Shown here piece by piece: positions 28,273-32,375 of a DNA stretch of 32,375 nt. The position numbers and the translations under genes are program-made. The notes beneath the pieces were generated by a model. That model had not been told where the DNA came from. It searched no databases and was given only the letters and a program-made list of their open reading frames with translations. The number at the start of each line of letters is the position of its first letter. The first letter of the stretch is position 1. Source of the DNA: Helicobacteraceae bacterium (GTDB taxonomy: Bacteria > Campylobacterota > Campylobacteria > Campylobacterales > Sulfurimonadaceae); the NCBI GenBank assembly GCA_027056525.1, contig JALUKO010000128.1, positions 1 to 32,375 of the forward strand. Direction: 5' to 3'.

Positions 28273-28344
28273 TAAAGTGAGCGAGTATCATCACTACAAA
28301 GTACTAGATGTTGAAACAATATTGAAGTTCATTAAGATTGCATA

Positions 28345-28372
28345 TGCTATAATTTTACTTACCGTTAAGTAA
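28345..28372 (+). promoter_or_regulatory. TetR-RND operon promoter and probable TetR operator
   Basis: TGcTATAAT (28345-28353) followed by the palindrome TTACTTA-ccgt-TAAGTAA (28355-28372), which covers the predicted +1 and abuts the AAGGAG RBS. Confidence 0.75.
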
Positions 28373-28385
28373 GGAGATTTATAAA

Positions 28386-28991
28386 GTGGCTAAAATATCA
28401 AAAAAGGAGTTGATTGTAAAACATGCGAGAAGTTTATTTTCTCAACATGGATATGAACTCACTACATTAGAAGCAGTTGCAAAAGTTTGCTCAATTACAA
28501 AGCCGGCAATTTACTATCACTTTGAAGATAAGGCAGCTTTATATAGAGCTGTCATATGTCCTGAGTTCACAACTATAGCACAGCATATTGAAGAGAACAC
28601 CCAAGTAGGTACAGCTGTTCAAAGACTGGAGAGCTACATCAAAACCTTTGGAGAGTTTCTCATATCTCATCCAGATTTTAACGCTATCTTTGCACGAGAA
28701 ATTGCAAATAGTGCGATAACTATCCCTGATGAGTGTATAGAGCAACTCTCTAGAACTATTAAACAGCTCATCTTTATCTTGGATGCTGGGGAGAAAGAGG
28801 GAGTTTTTCAGAAAGAGACACCTTTTTTAATTCAGATGATGATAGTTACTACACTTACTTCTTACAATACAGCAAGACCACTTAGAGAGAGAATAGCTCA
28901 GACCATAGAGGATAAAAGCAGACAAGAACCCAACTTTGAAAATATTATAGAGTCTCTCTCTAAGAAAATTGTTAAAGGATTATTATGTTAA
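28386..28991 (+). CDS. TetR/AcrR-family transcriptional regulator
   Basis: LFSQHGYELTTLEAVAKVCSITKPAIYYHFEDKAAL HTH; GTG start. Confidence 0.93.
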   Translation: MAKISKKELIVKHARSLFSQHGYELTTLEAVAKVCSITKPAIYYHFEDKAALYRAVICPEFTTIAQHIEENTQVGTAVQRLESYIKTFGEFLISHPDFNAIFAREIANSAITIPDECIEQLSRTIKQLIFILDAGEKEGVFQKETPFLIQMMIVTTLTSYNTARPLRERIAQTIEDKSRQEPNFENIIESLSKKIVKGLLC

Positions 28992-30262
28992 AAAGATCTT
29001 TATTGGCACTTAGTTTTCCACTTCTATTAGGTGCTACTACACTTCCTGAGCTTTTCAGCGCACTAAAAAACCATTCACAAACAAAGTCTGATGAGATGCT
29101 TATAAAGCAAGCAGAGGTAGCCAAAGAGATAGCAAACGCTAAGCTCTACCCTACTCTTAATCTCTTTGCGAAGTATGATTATTATACAACTGCATCAGGA
29201 ATGCTACCGGTACCACCAGATGAATTATTTGTTATGATAAAAGATCCTACTATTCCTCAGCCATTTAGTCAAAATATTATGCGGGAGGGTGTAAACTTCA
29301 CTATGCCGCTTTTTGTGAAATCTATCTATAGTATGTCAGATAAAGCACAAAAGATGCAAAAAAGTGCTCAAGCTAAAAAACATATCAATCTTTTGAAAAA
29401 TGAGGCACTTATAGTTGGAGCAAACGCTAACTTATCTTACCTTGTAGCGCTGGAGAAATCACTTAACACAAAAGAACTCTCTCTCAAAGAGACACAAAAA
29501 ACTATAAAGATAAAAGTAGATAACGGACGTGCTCCTGCATCGGCTCTGTACAAGATAGAAGATGGACTCAATCAAATTAGTATTAGCAAAAATAACATTG
29601 CCCTGCAAAAAGAGCAACTACTTAGCAGTATAAGAAGTATTACCGGTATTACACTTGAGAGTCCCATTCCTATGCAAGAGGCAGTGCCATTGCAAATATC
29701 AAGTGAGATAGAGTCACTTAAACCACTTAAGCTCAAAATTGAAGCTAATGAGATTGATGTTAGAGCTCAAAAAGAGAAGCTTTATCCAAGTGTTGTAGCA
29801 TATGGTAGCTATTCTTTTTCTCAAGCAGATGCTTATAACAATAACAAAAGTATCAATGAAGAGTACGGGAATATAGGTGTTATGCTCAACATACCTCTCC
29901 TTGCTATGGATAGATACCAAGATATTAAAAAAGCGAAGGTTCAGATGCAAAGCGACTCCATAGAGCTTCAAAAACTTCAAGATGAACTTAGTTCTAAAGC
30001 GAAGATGCTACAAAACTCACTGCCTCTGCTTGCAAATTCTATAACACTCTCAAAAAAAAGTATAGAGAACAAAGAAAAATTACTAAAAATTGCAAAAGTA
30101 AACTACACAAGTGGGCGTTTAGCAACAGAAGAGTACTTAAGATATGAAGATGATGTTGTAGAAGCAAAAGCAAAACTATACAAAACAGAGGCACAGAGAT
30201 GGCAGACACTTATGCAGTTGGCTGTAATCTATGCAAATAATATTGAGGAGATGGTACGATGA
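28985..30262 (+). CDS. TolC-family outer-membrane efflux protein
   Basis: Signal peptide, two LYP-beta repeats (KLYPTLNL, KLYPSVVA), long helical segments, YTSG near the C-terminus. Confidence 0.88.
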   Translation: MLKRSLLALSFPLLLGATTLPELFSALKNHSQTKSDEMLIKQAEVAKEIANAKLYPTLNLFAKYDYYTTASGMLPVPPDELFVMIKDPTIPQPFSQNIMREGVNFTMPLFVKSIYSMSDKAQKMQKSAQAKKHINLLKNEALIVGANANLSYLVALEKSLNTKELSLKETQKTIKIKVDNGRAPASALYKIEDGLNQISISKNNIALQKEQLLSSIRSITGITLESPIPMQEAVPLQISSEIESLKPLKLKIEANEIDVRAQKEKLYPSVVAYGSYSFSQADAYNNNKSINEEYGNIGVMLNIPLLAMDRYQDIKKAKVQMQSDSIELQKLQDELSSKAKMLQNSLPLLANSITLSKKSIENKEKLLKIAKVNYTSGRLATEEYLRYEDDVVEAKAKLYKTEAQRWQTLMQLAVIYANNIEEMVR

Positions 30263-31308
30263 ATAAATACGTAAAAATAACATTAAGTACAGTTGTTGTA
30301 GTAGGACTAATTGCAGGTGGTGTGAAAACTCTCAAAAGTGCAAAATCAAAAGATGCCGCAGAGTCTGTAGCTAAAACTTATCCTATTGTTGCGCAGACAT
30401 TGACTCTTGAGAGTAAAAATGTAGAGCTAACACTTCCTTATCTTGCTCAAGTAGCAAATGATAAAGATGTAAAACTCTCCCCTAGAATAGCAGCCCGAGT
30501 GCTTCAAATAACTACAAGCGGGACTAAGGTCAAAAAAGGTGATATAGTTGCTCGTCTTGATACTACAAATATCAAGAGTTCAATAGAGAGTTTAAAAAAT
30601 CAGATACAAGCAGCAAAAATTGCAGTGGATAATCTACAAAAAACACACAAAAGAACTCTTGAGCTTTTAGATATACAAGGTGCATCGATAGAGCAGTCTC
30701 AAAAAGAGACGACACTTTTAGCTGAGGCAGAGTCAAAACTAAATGCACTCAAACAAAAAGAGATAGCACTTAAAAACAACCTCTCTTATGCAACAATCGT
30801 ATCTCCCGTTGATGGGCTTATCTCTAAAACATTTGTAAATAGAGGTGCTTTAAGCGCACCAGGACATCCCCTTGTAGCTATTAGCTCTAAAAATGGTTTC
30901 TATCTAATGCTCCGAGTCCCTACAGACTTAAGTGTCTCTGGCGTAAAACTAGATGGAAAAACTTATGGCGCAACACCACTGGGTAGTACATTTCACGGTT
31001 TAGCTGAATATAAAGTTTACACAAGTAACTCTAATCTTATTAGTGGAGATAGAGTAGAAGTAGATGTTATTGTTTATAATCAAAAAGGTCTCAAGCTACC
31101 ATTTGATGCAGTTTTAAATCGTAATGGCAAAAGTTATGTTTTACTTGTAGAAGATTCAAAAACAAGAGCTAAAGAGGTGCATATATTACAGAGTGCTGAG
31201 CAGGGTCTTGTTATTTCGGATAACTTAGAGGGAAAAAAAGTAGTGATTGCAAAGCCTGATATTTTACTCAAACTCTTAAGTGGTTTTGCACTAAGTATCA
31301 AGGAGTAG
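30259..31308 (+). CDS. RND efflux periplasmic adaptor (membrane fusion protein)
   Basis: N-terminal anchor, GTKVKKGDIVARLD lipoyl half-motif, helical hairpin, IVSPVDG; ATGA overlap with the TolC gene. Confidence 0.9.
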   Translation: MNKYVKITLSTVVVVGLIAGGVKTLKSAKSKDAAESVAKTYPIVAQTLTLESKNVELTLPYLAQVANDKDVKLSPRIAARVLQITTSGTKVKKGDIVARLDTTNIKSSIESLKNQIQAAKIAVDNLQKTHKRTLELLDIQGASIEQSQKETTLLAEAESKLNALKQKEIALKNNLSYATIVSPVDGLISKTFVNRGALSAPGHPLVAISSKNGFYLMLRVPTDLSVSGVKLDGKTYGATPLGSTFHGLAEYKVYTSNSNLISGDRVEVDVIVYNQKGLKLPFDAVLNRNGKSYVLLVEDSKTRAKEVHILQSAEQGLVISDNLEGKKVVIAKPDILLKLLSGFALSIKE

Positions 31309-31311
31309 GTA

Positions 31312-32375
31312 ATGTTTGATTATTTTTACAAACGCCCATATATGCTCTACTCCATAATAGCTGCATTTTTTATTATGGGGATTATTGCATTAGCTACACT
31401 ACCGAAAAACCTGTTTCCTGATGCAAATCCACCGCAAGTAATTGTCATTACTCAAGTTCCAGGAGCGACTGCACAAGTAGCTGCTTCGACGGTTTCTAAA
31501 CCTATTGAGCAAGAGATTTCTCGTCTTGGTTTAGTCACTGATGTCAGTAGTATAAATGTCGCTAATTACTCTATAGTAAAAGCAGAGTTTGGCTATGACA
31601 AGGGATTAAACGCGGCTGCTGTTGATGTAGCAAATGCTCTGAGCATCGCAAAAGCAAAACTCCCTGCTGGAGTAAATCCTGCCATCTATACAGCAGGTGA
31701 CTTTACCCTTCCTGTTGATATTATTTCACTCTCTCCTAAAAACTCTAATATTTCACTTGCAGAGATTAGAAAAATAGCGGATAGTTTTATAAAACCACAT
31801 CTTTTAAGTAATAAGACTATAGGAAATGTAGAAGTTTTTGGTGGGCATCAAAGTGCTATAAACATAGAGATAGATCCATTTAAAGCAAAACGCTATGGTG
31901 TAGATTTTTCAAAAATCACAAAAGCAATACAAATACTTAATCGTGATATGCCTATAGGATTTTTAAAAGGTGAAAATGATTTTTATACCGTAACTTATTA
32001 TGGTGAAAAAGATAATATAGAGAAACTAAAACAGCTCCTAATTATGCCAAATGTTCGCCTTAGTGATATAGCAGATGTAAAATGGAGTTATAAAAAAAGA
32101 ACAAGTGGTTATCTTGGAAATGGATCTCAAGCTATCGCTTTAGCAGTACAACGCGCACCAGGTGGAAGTGTTCTAGATGTAAGTAAGGCAGCTCGTGCTC
32201 AGATGAAAGAGCTACAAGTAAAATATCCAAATATTGAGTTTCAGATATCAGATACACAAAAAGATCTTATAGAACAAGCTAATGACAATATGCTAGAGGC
32301 ACTTCGTGATGCGATTATTTATACACTCATAGTTATTATGATTTTTTTAGGAAATTTCCGTGCAATAATTGCAGC
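31312..32375 (+). CDS. AcrB/AcrD/AcrF-family RND permease (partial, runs off the right edge)
   Basis: Not in the ORF track. My translation gives MFDYFYKRPY...LPKNLFPDANPPQVIVITQVPGA...VSKPIEQ...IFLGNFRA; AAGGAG RBS. Confidence 0.92.
   Translation, partial: MFDYFYKRPYMLYSIIAAFFIMGIIALATLPKNLFPDANPPQVIVITQVPGATAQVAASTVSKPIEQEISRLGLVTDVSSINVANYSIVKAEFGYDKGLNAAAVDVANALSIAKAKLPAGVNPAIYTAGDFTLPVDIISLSPKNSNISLAEIRKIADSFIKPHLLSNKTIGNVEVFGGHQSAINIEIDPFKAKRYGVDFSKITKAIQILNRDMPIGFLKGENDFYTVTYYGEKDNIEKLKQLLIMPNVRLSDIADVKWSYKKRTSGYLGNGSQAIALAVQRAPGGSVLDVSKAARAQMKELQVKYPNIEFQISDTQKDLIEQANDNMLEALRDAIIYTLIVIMIFLGNFRAIIA

Noticed and set aside
13603-30059. A8/T8 homopolymers (e.g. 13603-13610, 25398-25405, 30052-30059) as phase-variation sites
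   Set aside because: Expected in AT-rich DNA, frames are intact, and I saw no long poly-G/C tracts.
1-32375. CRISPR array, tRNA/rRNA, IS or integrase, defence system
   Set aside because: All intergenic gaps are under 200 bp, with no repeat-spacer array or cloverleaf seen, and the long ORFs are explained by known families.

Overview
AT-rich bacterial chromosome segment. Gene content, gene order and promoter motifs point to Campylobacterota, probably a Sulfurimonas-like chemolithoautotroph (inference, not a database result). From 1 to about 26.1 kb it is mostly minus-strand core genes: a TCA/reductive-TCA cluster (icd, mdh, two-subunit Fe-S fumarase, sucCD, a small CxxC heavy-metal-associated protein, oorD, partial oorA), mltG overlapping head-to-head with a YhdP/AsmA-like gene, a LolC/E-type permease, secA, lolA, a REC-GGDEF-EAL protein, acnB, a DUF3820-like protein, ftsK and flgL. 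From about 26.3 kb there is a plus-strand resistance block: arsR-arsC-arsB, then TetR-TolC-MFP-RND (partial). I found no rRNA, tRNA, CRISPR array, transposase or integrase, and no clear multi-gene novel system. The best leads are the symmetric mltG/yhdP-like overlap, the metal-binding protein inside the TCA operon, tandem sigma28 and sigma54 promoters at flgL, and several ordered dyad or periodic elements in the intergenic regions.
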